In this document: positions 1 through 9,950 of the stretch, piece after piece | Position numbering within the stretch: position 1 is the first letter of the stretch | Layout: every line of letters begins with the position of its first letter | Assembly (NCBI GenBank): GCA_963814035.1 | Contig: CAWFBH010000002.1 | Coordinates: forward strand, 118,691 to 182,690 | Length of the DNA: 64,000 nucleotides | Reading direction: 5' to 3' | Source: an uncultured delta proteobacterium | GTDB taxonomy: Bacteria > Desulfobacterota > Binatia > Binatales > Binataceae | Position numbers and translations under genes: made by a program | The notes under the pieces: model-generated | The model's database searches: none | What the model saw: only the letters and a program-made list of their open reading frames with translations | Told to the model about the DNA's origin: nothing

Positions 1-1283
1 GGGTTAAGCCAAATCACTCTCTTCGCGCGCGTCTTGATTTCCCGCAGACACCAGTCGTGCGGCAGGTTGTAGTTGTTGCGCGCGTCCCCCAGCACGATCA
101 CGGTCGTCCGTTTGTTCACGGACCCGATGTGATCGCTGTAGAAATTTCGGAACGCATGCCCGAAGTTCGAATGGGCATAAACATTGATGATATCACCCTT
201 GAGTGCGATATCGAGCGCTTCTTTCGCATCGTTGCTGCGGAAGTGCTCGGTCACCTCGCCGATGTCCGCTACGAAGATATAGCTGCGCACGCGCGAATAG
301 AGATCCTGCAGCGAGTACACGAACTGCAACATGAAGCGCGAGGCGTTGCGGACCGAATCGGAAACGTCGCACAGGATGACCACCTGCGGACGCTCTTTCT
401 TGCGCTGCTCGAACTTCAACTTGAATGGCACGCCGCCGCAATCGAGGTTCTTGCGCAGCGTGCGCTTGATATCGAAGCGGCCTTTCTTGTCGCGCTTGCG
501 CCGAATCGAGATGACGTTCTTGAGGCGCTGCGCGAGCTTCTGCACCGCCTCGTTCATCTGCTTCAGCTCTTCCTCGGAGAGATAATAAAAGCTCTTCTCG
601 CCGAGCTTGTTAAGATGCTGCTCTTCACGCGCCTTGACGTCGCGCTTCTCGCGCTCCATCCGCACGAAACGCCGGATGATGTCGTCGAGCTGCTTGAGCC
701 TCCGATCGAGGTACTCTTCCATCTGCGCCTTCATCTTGGCGCTGATGTCCATCTTTTCGAGTTCCTCGCGCAGCTGCTTGATCTCCTGCTCGATCTTGTC
801 GAGGCCCAACTCGCGCGCGAGCGCGCGGGCGAAGTAGTTCTCCTCGATGGTGCGTTCGATGTTGTTCAGCTTGACCGCGCGGGCGGCCTCGCGAATCTTC
901 TTCTCCATCTGCCCCGACTGATTCTGGAGCAACTGCTTCGCGAGTTCGGAGAGCTTCTTGCCCTCCTTCTTGAGCATCTCTTCGACTTCCTCGAGGAACT
1001 TCTGGAATTCCTGATCGGACATCGAGAGCGCCTGCTGCACCGCCTGGCTCGCCTGCTTGATGATCTCGCCGAGGCCGGAAAAATATAGCTCGAACAGTTC
1101 CTCGAAGACCGGCAACTCGGTGTAGCGTTTCACCATCGTGGCGCGCAGGGCGGAGCGGAAGGCCTCTTTCTCGGAAAGGCCGGTCACATCCGCAGCGCCG
1201 AACGCATCGAGGGTTTCGGCGAGCGAAACGCGCACGCCGTTTTCCCGCAGCAGGTTTGCAAACTCGACTAGCTTTTCTTGCAT
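1..1283 (-). CDS. VWA domain-containing CoxE-like protein (3' end runs off the window)
   Basis: Manual translation from ATG at 1283: MQEKLVEFANLLRENGVRVSLAE..., MIDAS-like VVILCDVSDSV and C-terminal TTVIVLGDARNNY...RVIWLNP; directly downstream of a MoxR ATPase. Absent from the ORF track because it has no stop in the window. Confidence 0.88.
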   Translation of the reverse strand, partial: MQEKLVEFANLLRENGVRVSLAETLDAFGAADVTGLSEKEAFRSALRATMVKRYTELPVFEELFELYFSGLGEIIKQASQAVQQALSMSDQEFQKFLEEVEEMLKKEGKKLSELAKQLLQNQSGQMEKKIREAARAVKLNNIERTIEENYFARALARELGLDKIEQEIKQLREELEKMDISAKMKAQMEEYLDRRLKQLDDIIRRFVRMEREKRDVKAREEQHLNKLGEKSFYYLSEEELKQMNEAVQKLAQRLKNVISIRRKRDKKGRFDIKRTLRKNLDCGGVPFKLKFEQRKKERPQVVILCDVSDSVRNASRFMLQFVYSLQDLYSRVRSYIFVADIGEVTEHFRSNDAKEALDIALKGDIINVYAHSNFGHAFRNFYSDHIGSVNKRTTVIVLGDARNNYNLPHDWCLREIKTRAKRVIWLN

Positions 1284-1296
1284 CTTGTTTCTCCCT

Positions 1297-1403
1297 CCCC
1301 TTCCCTACGGAATTGTCCTCCTTCCTTTCGTCCCTCTCCGTCTTATGGAGAGGGTGCGGCGTCCGCGCCGGGGTGAGGACGGGAAGGGGTCGGGGGTTAG
1401 GTC
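1297..1403. repeat. Palindromic repeat (CCCCTTCCC..GGGAAGGGG-N-GGGGTTAGGTC family) interrupted by a second 72-bp palindromic element
   Basis: Removing 1311-1382 restores the hairpin CCCCTTCCC-TAC-GGGAAGGGG; ACGG flanks the insert at 1307-1310 and 1379-1382; uninterrupted relatives at 37760 and 60771. Confidence 0.8.
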
Positions 1404-1413
1404 TCTTTGCTGC

Positions 1414-2385
1414 TCAGTTCAACAGATCTTTATCGCTGCTCCCGCTCGCATCCGGCGTCGTGCCGCGACGCGCCCGTGCCCGCCGCACGTAATCCTTCAA
1501 CTCTTCTTGCGCCTTACGCACATCGCCCTCGTACTTGACGATGGTATCCAGCGTCTCGTTGACCAGCTCCTGGTCGAGGCTCTGGACGTTGAGCAGCGTG
1601 AGCGCCTTGATCCAGTCCAGCGTCTCGCTGATGCCGGGGGTTTTCTTGAGGTCGAGCTTACGCAGCGACTGCACCACGCCGACCACTTCTTCCGCCAGCT
1701 TCTTGCTCGCCTCAGGCACCTTGAGCTGCACGATGGCAAGTTCCTGATCCTTGACCGGGAAGTCGATATATAGATGAAGGCAGCGACGCTTGAGGGCGTC
1801 CGACATTTCGCGCGCGTTGTTCGAGGTCAGTATCACCAGCGGCATCTGCTTGGCCTTGATGGTGCCGATTTCGGGAATCGTGACCTGGAAGTCCGACAGC
1901 AGCTCGAGCAGGAACGCCTCGAACTCGGCGTCGGCCTTATCGATTTCGTCGATGAGGAGCACGGTCGGCTTGTCGCTGGAAATCGCCTTGAGCAAGGGGC
2001 GTGGCAACACGAAGCGCTCGGAAAAGAACACCTCATCCTGGGCCGCGATGCGATCGACCGCCTCGGTCAATCCTTTCGCGCCGTGCAGCACCTCGCCGAT
2101 TTTGTCCTTGAGGATCTGGGTGTAGAGGAGCTGTTTGGCGTACTCCCATTCGTAGAGCGCCTTGCCCTCGTCCAGTCCCTCATAGCACTGGAGACGAATC
2201 AGCTCCCATCCGAGCGCGGCCGCAGCGACCTTTGCCAGGTCGGTTTTGCCGACCCCGGCGGGACCCTCGACCAGGATGGGTTTTCCGAGCTCTTTGGCCA
2301 GATAAATAACAGTCGCGATTCGACGGCTCGCGATGTAGTTATTCGTTTTGAATTGGGTGATTACGTCGTCGATGGAAGAAAACAT
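1414..2385 (-). CDS. MoxR/CoxD-family AAA+ ATPase
   Basis: Walker A EGPAGVGKT, RLQCYEGLD, Walker B LLIDEIDKAD, LSDFQVTIPE, ALKRRCL; likely start MFSSID at 2385. Confidence 0.93.
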   Translation of the reverse strand: MFSSIDDVITQFKTNNYIASRRIATVIYLAKELGKPILVEGPAGVGKTDLAKVAAAALGWELIRLQCYEGLDEGKALYEWEYAKQLLYTQILKDKIGEVLHGAKGLTEAVDRIAAQDEVFFSERFVLPRPLLKAISSDKPTVLLIDEIDKADAEFEAFLLELLSDFQVTIPEIGTIKAKQMPLVILTSNNAREMSDALKRRCLHLYIDFPVKDQELAIVQLKVPEASKKLAEEVVGVVQSLRKLDLKKTPGISETLDWIKALTLLNVQSLDQELVNETLDTIVKYEGDVRKAQEELKDYVRRARARRGTTPDASGSSDKDLLN

Positions 2386-2511
2386 TCGGCCTCCTCGCCG
2401 GATGCGGTCGCGGGGCACATACCGCTTTAATCGTACTTCAATATCACGGCTGAGCGCGATGACAAAATGACCGTACCACTTTCAGAGGCGTCGACTTGGG
2501 CTCGCACAACT

Positions 2512-5500
2512 TCAATTCGATACTGTAAGTGCACGCGTCTGCGCGACCCGATTGATCCAGCCTGTCATGCGCAGTGCCTGAAATTGTTCGTCGGCCGCAT
2601 CGAGGAAGGAGTGGGCGAGTTCAGCGTCACCTGCAAGTCCCCGTCGCGTGTACATCAAGCCTTGATCAAAATCAGTGATCGCTCGAAGCGGTCGCGCGCC
2701 TTGCTCGTCGAGAATGGTCCGCGCCGCATCGAACCATTGTGCGGCTTCGTCGTACCTGCCGACCAACCCGCAGAGGCGGGCCAGCGAGAGACGGCCATCG
2801 CGCATCGGAAAGCGGAAGTCCGGTGCGATGACCTTCTCGCGGAGCGCGCGTTCGACGGCCGCGCTGTTATCTGTGCGATTAAGCAACCACAGCGCGCCGG
2901 CCGCATCGCAGGCCATCGGACCGACTCTGGATTCTGCGGCGGCGCCCACCTCCAGCGCGCGCGGAAGCGTGGCTAATCGTTGCATCGATGTCTCGCCTCT
3001 ACCGAGGTGCGCCAGGACGATCGCCGAGACGGCTCTAACCAGCGCAAAGGACCAGTTGTTTTCGGGGGCCGGCTTATTGAGAAGGAGCTTTGACTCGGCC
3101 TCCTTGGCGAGGCCTTCCCATCCCTCGTCAGTCGCAACGATCATCAGATACTTGACGCCGTTCAGAAACATGCTCGGCGCTAGAAAGCTGCGGCCGGTCG
3201 AACGCGCATGAAGCGCCACGGCCCGGTCGAAGGCCGCTTGCACCAGCCCAAACTCGCCCAACGAGATGTGGCATCCCGCGACTCCCGCCCATGCCGTCAT
3301 CGCGGCGGCAATTTGCCCTCGCCGTTCGGCCTCGGCAGCCTCCTTCTGCCATAGCTCGCGACCGCGGCGAAGTTCTCCAGCCATCATGACCATGGCGAAA
3401 GCGCTGGCTTCCGGGTCGTTAAGTATTTCCTGTCGCGATTGAAATGGAGGATCGATTCGGCGTGCCAGGAGTTGCTCTCTGCTAGCAGTCTTAAGAACCG
3501 CTCGCACCTCGCTCCTGCGCGATGAATCGGTGAGGATACCGGGGTTCTCCGGGTCTTCAGCATCTTCACGAACGAGATCGAGTTCGCTAAGGCTGGCCCA
3601 CGTCAAATCCCGCCGATCGCCCGCATACCGCAAACCGTCCCTGGCAAGTTCCCATGAGGCGCGCACGCGTCCCGCCAAATGCATCGCGCGGGCGGCCTGT
3701 TCGAGAAAGTCCGCGGTGGCATTTATGCCCTCAGTAGCTTTGATCAGATCGCCGGCTTCCCTTGCCACTTCAAGTCCATCTCCGTGGTTGAGCGTCCAGG
3801 GCAGGACCAGCGCGAGACGGGCGAGCAGTCGGGCGCGACGCGGATCATTGCGAGGCATCAGATCATTCGCCATGCGCAGGAATCCGACCACTTCGTCATG
3901 AGCGCTGGCCGTTTCGGCGTTGTCGGCGGCCGCGATCGCATATTCCACCCCGCGCTCCGCGCCCGGCAACGCCGCCGCGCGGGAGAAATGATATGCGACT
4001 TCGCCGGCATGCTCGGCGGCGCGTTCGCCCCATCTTTGTTCCATCGCCTCGGCGACATTGCGATGGAGGCGAACCCGGCGCGGCGGGCTTAGCTCAGAGT
4101 AGAGAGTGTTGCGGATCAGGGCGTGCGTGAAGTCGAAGCTTTCGGAGCCGCCCGCAGGCCGCAAGAGCTGCGCGCTCAAGGCCTCGTCGATTGCGCTCAG
4201 AGCTGTCTCTTCGTCCAGCTCGGCGACCGCGGCCGCAATGCCGAAGTCAAAAGCGCCGTTGAAGGTGGCTGCGATCCTGAGCAGGTTGCAGGCCGTATCG
4301 GAGAGTCTTAGTAGCCGCCGTTCGATTACCTCGCGAACCCCCTCGGTGATCGCCAGCTCCTCGACTTTGAGATCGGTAATCCATCGTCCTTCCTGGAAGA
4401 GCTTGCCCTCTTCCATGAGATGCAGCAGCACTTCGCGCACGAAGAAGGGATTGCCGCCGGTTTCCGACTCAATCGCTCGCACGAGAGCCAATGGCGCATC
4501 GTGATCGCCGATTATGTTGAACATTTCGGTTAGCTCGGCGTTAGTGAGGCCCTTGAGCGACAGGCTTTCGAATCTGCCCGAACGTCTAATCTGCGCGATC
4601 GCGGCCGCAAGCGGGTGTTTGGGATCGACTTCGGCATCACGATACGCGCCCAGCACGAGGATCGAACTGGCACCAACGAAGTGACTCAAATGCGCGAGCA
4701 TGCTGACGGTTCCCCGGTCCGCCCAATGCAAATCGTCGAGCACCAACACAATCGGCGCACGCCGCGATGTGGCGATGAAAAACTGCGCCACCGCATCCAG
4801 CAGTCGAAAGCGTTCTTCCTCTTTATCGAGGGCGGGCGGCTCCTCAATTTGGCCCATGCGCTCGCGCAACGCCGGCGCGACCCGCGCGATGATGGCAGCG
4901 CGGTTGCCAAGCTCGCCGGCCAGCCGCCCACTGTCGGTTCGTTCGACGTAGTTGTTGATCGCCTCGGCAAAGGGGCCGTACGGGCGCTGCCATTCGCCGT
5001 CATAGCAAGCACCACGCAGGACCAGAGCGTTGCGCTGAATGGCGAGGTCTGCGAATTCCTCGATGACGCGGGTCTTTCCGATTCCCGGTTCGCCCATCAG
5101 CATGACCACGGAGCCGTGTCCGTTGCACATCTCTTCGAGAATGACGGACAGGCGTTGCAGCTGAAACTGACGCCCGACGAACGGAGTTCGGTTCAGCAAA
5201 GCGACCGGATTGGAGTGCTCGTAAAGTATTTCGCTGACGGGAACCGGCGCCGCTATGCCTTTTAGGTCGTAGGGGCCCAGCGGATGGAAATTAAAGGAAT
5301 GGCGCGCCGACAGCACCTCCGCCACGACGTTGGTGCAGAGGATCTGCCCACTCGATGCTTTGTCACAGACGCGCCGCGCGATGACTACGGAACTGCCGAA
5401 GTACCCGCCGTTGTGGCGCAGCGCTTCGCCGCAATGGATTCCTACCCGAATCTCAAAGCGAATTCCTTCGACCGGGCGTCGCGCGGTCTGCTGCACGCTG

Positions 5501-5721
5501 ATCGCGCAGCGCACCGCGTCGGCAGCCGAGGAAAACACCGCGAGCAACCCATCGCCGAGCCATTGCAGCTCCTGTCCACCGCATGCTGTCACGGCGGCCG
5601 TCATCAGCTTGTGGTGGGCACGGAACAGGCGCGAACCTTCCTCGTCGCCGACCGCCTGCAGATGTCGGGTTGAATTGACCAGATCTGTAAAGAGAAAGCT
5701 TACGGTCCCCGACTGTGCCAT
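2512..5721 (-). CDS. Class III adenylate/guanylate cyclase domain fused to AAA ATPase (STAND-like) and helical C-terminus
   Basis: FLFTDLVNST and WLGDG cyclase motifs; FVGR, GEPGIGKT Walker A, LVLDDLHWAD Walker B, TGGNPFF. Confidence 0.9.
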   Translation of the reverse strand: MAQSGTVSFLFTDLVNSTRHLQAVGDEEGSRLFRAHHKLMTAAVTACGGQELQWLGDGLLAVFSSAADAVRCAISVQQTARRPVEGIRFEIRVGIHCGEALRHNGGYFGSSVVIARRVCDKASSGQILCTNVVAEVLSARHSFNFHPLGPYDLKGIAAPVPVSEILYEHSNPVALLNRTPFVGRQFQLQRLSVILEEMCNGHGSVVMLMGEPGIGKTRVIEEFADLAIQRNALVLRGACYDGEWQRPYGPFAEAINNYVERTDSGRLAGELGNRAAIIARVAPALRERMGQIEEPPALDKEEERFRLLDAVAQFFIATSRRAPIVLVLDDLHWADRGTVSMLAHLSHFVGASSILVLGAYRDAEVDPKHPLAAAIAQIRRSGRFESLSLKGLTNAELTEMFNIIGDHDAPLALVRAIESETGGNPFFVREVLLHLMEEGKLFQEGRWITDLKVEELAITEGVREVIERRLLRLSDTACNLLRIAATFNGAFDFGIAAAVAELDEETALSAIDEALSAQLLRPAGGSESFDFTHALIRNTLYSELSPPRRVRLHRNVAEAMEQRWGERAAEHAGEVAYHFSRAAALPGAERGVEYAIAAADNAETASAHDEVVGFLRMANDLMPRNDPRRARLLARLALVLPWTLNHGDGLEVAREAGDLIKATEGINATADFLEQAARAMHLAGRVRASWELARDGLRYAGDRRDLTWASLSELDLVREDAEDPENPGILTDSSRRSEVRAVLKTASREQLLARRIDPPFQSRQEILNDPEASAFAMVMMAGELRRGRELWQKEAAEAERRGQIAAAMTAWAGVAGCHISLGEFGLVQAAFDRAVALHARSTGRSFLAPSMFLNGVKYLMIVATDEGWEGLAKEAESKLLLNKPAPENNWSFALVRAVSAIVLAHLGRGETSMQRLATLPRALEVGAAAESRVGPMACDAAGALWLLNRTDNSAAVERALREKVIAPDFRFPMRDGRLSLARLCGLVGRYDEAAQWFDAARTILDEQGARPLRAITDFDQGLMYTRRGLAGDAELAHSFLDAADEQFQALRMTGWINRVAQTRALTVSN

Positions 5722-5955
5722 CTCGCCCTCCCGCGAGTTGACCATCCCTTCGCAAATTATCCGGATGTTGACGGGCTACGGAGCGGTTAACCGTTAATTG
5801 CGACCGGCTTAAATCTGAAACTCCCTCATGTTCTGAAGATATCATTTCAAATCGACGAAATGTCAATTAAGAAGCCTTTTTGTAGGCTGCAATGCTGGTC
5901 CACAATGGCATCGGTAGGTATGCGGCCAGCGAATCCGGGATACTTCAGCGCCCGG

Positions 5956-7204
5956 TCACGCGTAGCTCAGCCAGCGGAACATTTCGCGGATGCCGGGGCG
6001 TTTGCCGTACATCAGGATGCCCACCCGATAGATCTGCGTGGCGATTTTCTGCACGACATAGATCGCGGCGATCAGTAGCGCAAAGCACAGCCCGATTTGC
6101 CATGCCGGCGGCCTTTCCACCGCCAGCCGCATATACATCAAGACCGGCGAACAGAACGGCACCAATGAGGTGATCACCGCGAGCGTCGAATTTGGCGCGG
6201 CGGCAACCGGCGTGATCAGCGTACAGGCGAAGATCAGCGGGGAGATGATGACGAAGGTCCAATGCTGCGCTTCGTCGCTGGAATTGAATGCGGCGCCGAC
6301 CGCCGCAAACATCGCGCTATAGAGTAGATATCCGAGCAGATAGAAAATGCCGAAGTAGATCATCAGCGGCAGGGGTACGACGTGCGCGCCCGGAGCATGA
6401 CTGGGGGGCTTGGCCATCGCGATCGCCATCACGCCCCAGACCGTCACCTGGAGCATTCCAACCGCGCCCACTCCCAAAATTTTCCCACTCATCAGTTCGT
6501 CCGGAGTCGCCGAACAGAGCAACACCTCGATAACCCGCGAGGCCTTTTCGTCGAGCACCGAGCGCATGATCATCACCCCATAGGAGAGCAGCGTGATGAA
6601 GAGCATCGTCGCCAGCAGCAGCACGGTGACGATGGCGGCGGCATCCCGGCTCACGCGGTCGCCATTCGCACCGGTGAGCGTCAATTCGACTTCGGCGCCC
6701 TGGAGCATGGTCTTTCGCCTGATCCGGATTAATCCCGTACTCCGCCATTCGCATCCGATTGAATCCGCCCGAGACCGAATTGCGCACTAACTGCTGCCAG
6801 ATGAAGTCGCGCGCGTTGCGTCGCTCGTATATCGCGCGGCCTTGCTTGATTGAATCCGCGTCGATCCAGATGATTCCGTCGAGGCGCCCGGCATTAACCT
6901 CGGTGAGCAGGCGCTGGTGTTCCGCCTCTGATGCATCAGCATCGAGGGTCACCTGGTAGGCACCCTTGGTATTAACCTGCAACCGCTCCCGGATACTCTC
7001 CGCAAGATCCTGGCGCGGGCACACCAGCACGACCTTCTGATTCTCGTGGTTGGCGCGCGCACCCAGAACCGCCGGAATTCCGATGACTGCGGCCAGGAAC
7101 AGCGGCATCAGGAACGTGGTGATCAGGAACGAGCGCGTGCGGATCCGCTTGGAGCACTCGTGCTTGCAGATGATCCAGGTGTTGCGCAAGGCGCTGCTAG
7201 ACAT
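5956..7204 (-). CDS. ABC-2 type transporter permease (NatB/YhaP-like), split by one frameshift near 6715
   Basis: ORFs 6317..7204 and 5956..6708 join as ...INPDQAK|TMLQGAE... if one A is removed from GCGAAAGACC; motifs EKASRVIEVLL, GKILGVG, LVPFCSP. Confidence 0.85.
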
Positions 7205-8100
7205 TGGCCTTCTCCACCCGATCGATGAAGATTTCCTCCAGCGAGGGCTCCATCACTTCGAAGCGCGAGATTTTGGCAGAGCACATCGCCGCTCGAAGCA
7301 GGTCCTGGGAATCGGCGCCGGGTCGCAGCTTCACTTCTGCGTAGTTACCGTAGTTGTTGCTCGATTCGACCAGCGGGCATCGAGTGAGGAATCTAGCGTC
7401 GCCCTCGTACGCGATCTGGACGAAGCGCGCACCGTAGCTGGCCTTGACCTCGCGCAATGATCCTTGCAGGACCGCGCGCCCGTGGTTGACGAGGCAAATC
7501 GCATCGCAGAGCTTTTCAACCTGATCCATTCGATGCGTCGAGAACAGGATTGTCCGGCCCTGCTCTTTCAGTTCGAGGATCACATCTTTGAGGATATTGG
7601 CGTTGATCGGGTCGAGCCCCGAAAACGGCTCGTCCATGATGATCATCTCCGGTTCATGCAACAGCGCGGCGATAAACTGTACTTTCTGCTGCATGCCCTT
7701 GGACATTTCCTCGACCCGCTTGTCGACCCATTCCGCGATTTCGAGGCGCTCGGCCCATTTGCGGCCGCGCGCGATCGGCGTCGCGGGAGGTCAGCCCACT
7801 GAGCTGCCCAAGCAGCGCGAGGTTCTCGCGCACGGTGATTTTTCGATAGAGCCCGCGTTCCTCCGGCAAGTACCCTACTTTATGTAGATGGCGGCGCTCG
7901 AAGGGCTCGCCGAACAACCGCACCGCGCCGGCGTCGGGCCGGATGATCCCGATCATCATGCGAATCGAGCTGGTCTTGCCGGCGCCGTTGGGGCCCAGCA
8001 AGCCGAAAATCTGATGCGGAGAAATCGAAAAGGAAAGCTCGTCGACCGCTACAAAATCGTCGTAGGATTTGCGGACCCGCTCCAGCTCAACCGTCACCAT
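7197..8100 (-). CDS. ABC transporter ATP-binding protein, split by one frameshift near 7770
   Basis: GLLGPNGAGKT, GYLPEERGLY in ORF 7654..8262; signature MSKGMQQK, DEPFSGLDP, STH in ORF 7197..7706. Confidence 0.88.
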
Positions 8101-8167
8101 CGCATCGAGGCTACCGAATCGCACCAAACGAGACGAGGGCCTTTTTTCGACGGAAAGAATCTCTAAA

Positions 8168-8917
8168 TCAGTGCGCCCAGACCATCTGCGGATTTTTCTC
8201 CCACGGATAAACGTGCACCATCCAGCCGAACAGTTGCGGATAGAATACGCCGCCCGCTTCATCGCAGGCCTTCTTGGTCGCGATGCTCCCCATCCCGAAC
8301 TTCATCCAATCGACCTTCGAAGGATCGGTGCCCTTTTTCGGGAAGCACAGATTGATGTGCTTATGCCATCGCGCGACGCTGAGTGGCACGCGCTTGTTGA
8401 GCTGATCCGGGGTGTCGCGTTTCGGCGCCGTGTACATCGCGCCGACCAGCTCGTAGCCTCCGTCAGGCGTCCTCTTATATAGCAGCGAGGTCGGCTCGGC
8501 CGGATTGAAGGTGAAGGCGGCCTTGAGCCCGTACCACATCTTGGTGAAGTGGACGACAGGCTGTTTCATCTCCGGATGCCACGGTTTGTAACCCGCGGCT
8601 TCGGCGACCTTGTAGTCCTTGTATTTCGCCAAGACCTTTTGCAATGTCGCAACCATTTCGTCGGCGCGCTTCTGATCGGCCGCATTCTTTGGCCGCAGAT
8701 CCGTATAGCCCATGTGCGCCGCCATCATCGGATCGTGCTCCATGTGCTCCGACGACATCATCTGATCCATCGAGGCTGCGTTCTCGCCCTCTTCGGGCAT
8801 CATCTGATGCGTCATGCCGCCCATATCCATCGAGCCCATGTCATCGGCTAGCGCGACATTGAACATGAACAAGATGCCGACGACTGCGGCGACCGCGATA
8901 AGACTTGAATGACGCAT
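8168..8917 (-). CDS. Secreted hypothetical protein with Met/His-rich N-terminal segment
   Basis: Signal-peptide-like start (MRHSSLIAVAAVVGILFMFNVALA), then DDMGSMDMGGMTHQMM...MMSSEHMEHDPMMAAHM; C-terminal WHKHINLC...ACDEAGG...WMVHVYP. Confidence 0.8.
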   Translation of the reverse strand: MRHSSLIAVAAVVGILFMFNVALADDMGSMDMGGMTHQMMPEEGENAASMDQMMSSEHMEHDPMMAAHMGYTDLRPKNAADQKRADEMVATLQKVLAKYKDYKVAEAAGYKPWHPEMKQPVVHFTKMWYGLKAAFTFNPAEPTSLLYKRTPDGGYELVGAMYTAPKRDTPDQLNKRVPLSVARWHKHINLCFPKKGTDPSKVDWMKFGMGSIATKKACDEAGGVFYPQLFGWMVHVYPWEKNPQMVWAH

Positions 8918-8982
8918 CTGCTGGCTCTCCCCTGACCACGAGCTTCACACGGGTTTTATCTAAAGAGGCAGGCCAAATGCCA

Positions 8983-9943
8983 TCACTCCGAATCGCGAGG
9001 CGGGCGGAACAGCGCGGGCGCTTCGGTGGCATCGATGAAACGCGGATCGGCGATTTGATTCTTCACGTACGCCGCCACCTTCGGCCATCGTGCCAGGCGT
9101 TTTGCCGGCCACGGAAGACTGAGCCCTTTTATCGCCGGATTTGCGCGGACGAGGTCGAAAACCGCCGTGTACCACTTGAGCGCCTCGGCCTCGGACTTCG
9201 CTTCAGGCGCAGCCGGGCTGATAACCACCGGCTTGCGATGACGCACCGCTGCCGCGACGAATTCCCTGGTCGCCGCGCTGCTAAAATCGGGCGCATCCTG
9301 GATTTCGAGCCCCCACCAATCGACCACGTCATCGCCCGGATACCATTTCAGGTATTGCGAGTTGGAAAGACCGCGCGCTGCCGGAGCCCAGACCATCGCG
9401 CAATTCATGTGGGCCTTGCGCATGATGTCAGTCGCATGCCGAAACGATCCGATATAGGCCGACGGTTCATAGAGCGCGCCGGCCGTGTTGAATTTGCCGC
9501 CCATGACTACCAGCGTCGGGCGCCCGAGGTTGTGCAGACGCGTCCGCGAGCACCATCAGGTCGGGATCGCGCATCCCGGTCGATACATCCTGCTCGAGGC
9601 CGTGGAAATTGATCGCGATCTGCGCGATGAAAAATCCGTGCGCCGCGGCGAACTCGCGAAAATGATTCATGAAGCCCGAGACGATGGTGAAATCCGGACC
9701 CACGTCGAATGCGATCATCGCCGGCGCATGTGGCGCGATCGTCTTCGCATATGCCGCGAGGTCCGCCGCCTCGCCTTTTCCGGCCGCCTGGCCGAGGTCC
9801 CACGCGCCGGAGAACTGCCCCCATCCGCTGATGACGCGCCCGGCCGGAGGTTCGACCGGCGCGCCCAAAAAGCCTTCCTCCGCCGATACCGGCGCGCATA
9901 GCAAAAGGACGGCGAATGCTACCGCCAGTACGATCTCGCGCAT
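8983..9943 (-). CDS. Secreted glycoside hydrolase family 26-like protein with non-canonical catalytic sites; one frameshift near 9540
   Basis: ORFs 9467..9943 and 8983..9504 join as LADA|LHNLGRPTLVVMGGKFN; GH26-type WYPGDDVVDWWG motif; signal peptide. Confidence 0.72.
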
Positions 9944-9950
9944 GCGAGGC

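Noticed and set aside
57-1088. Long plus-strand ORFs opposite real genes (57..1088, 1774..2430, also 19606..21198, 37784..39532, 44152..45282, 47886..48908, 61243..62406)
   Set aside because: Antisense shadows of well-supported genes in high-GC DNA; no motifs of their own.
6700-7800. Programmed ribosomal frameshifting in ABC genes, recG or dnaE2
   Set aside because: No slippery heptamer with stimulatory structure; directions are mixed; families are not known for recoding; read error is simpler.
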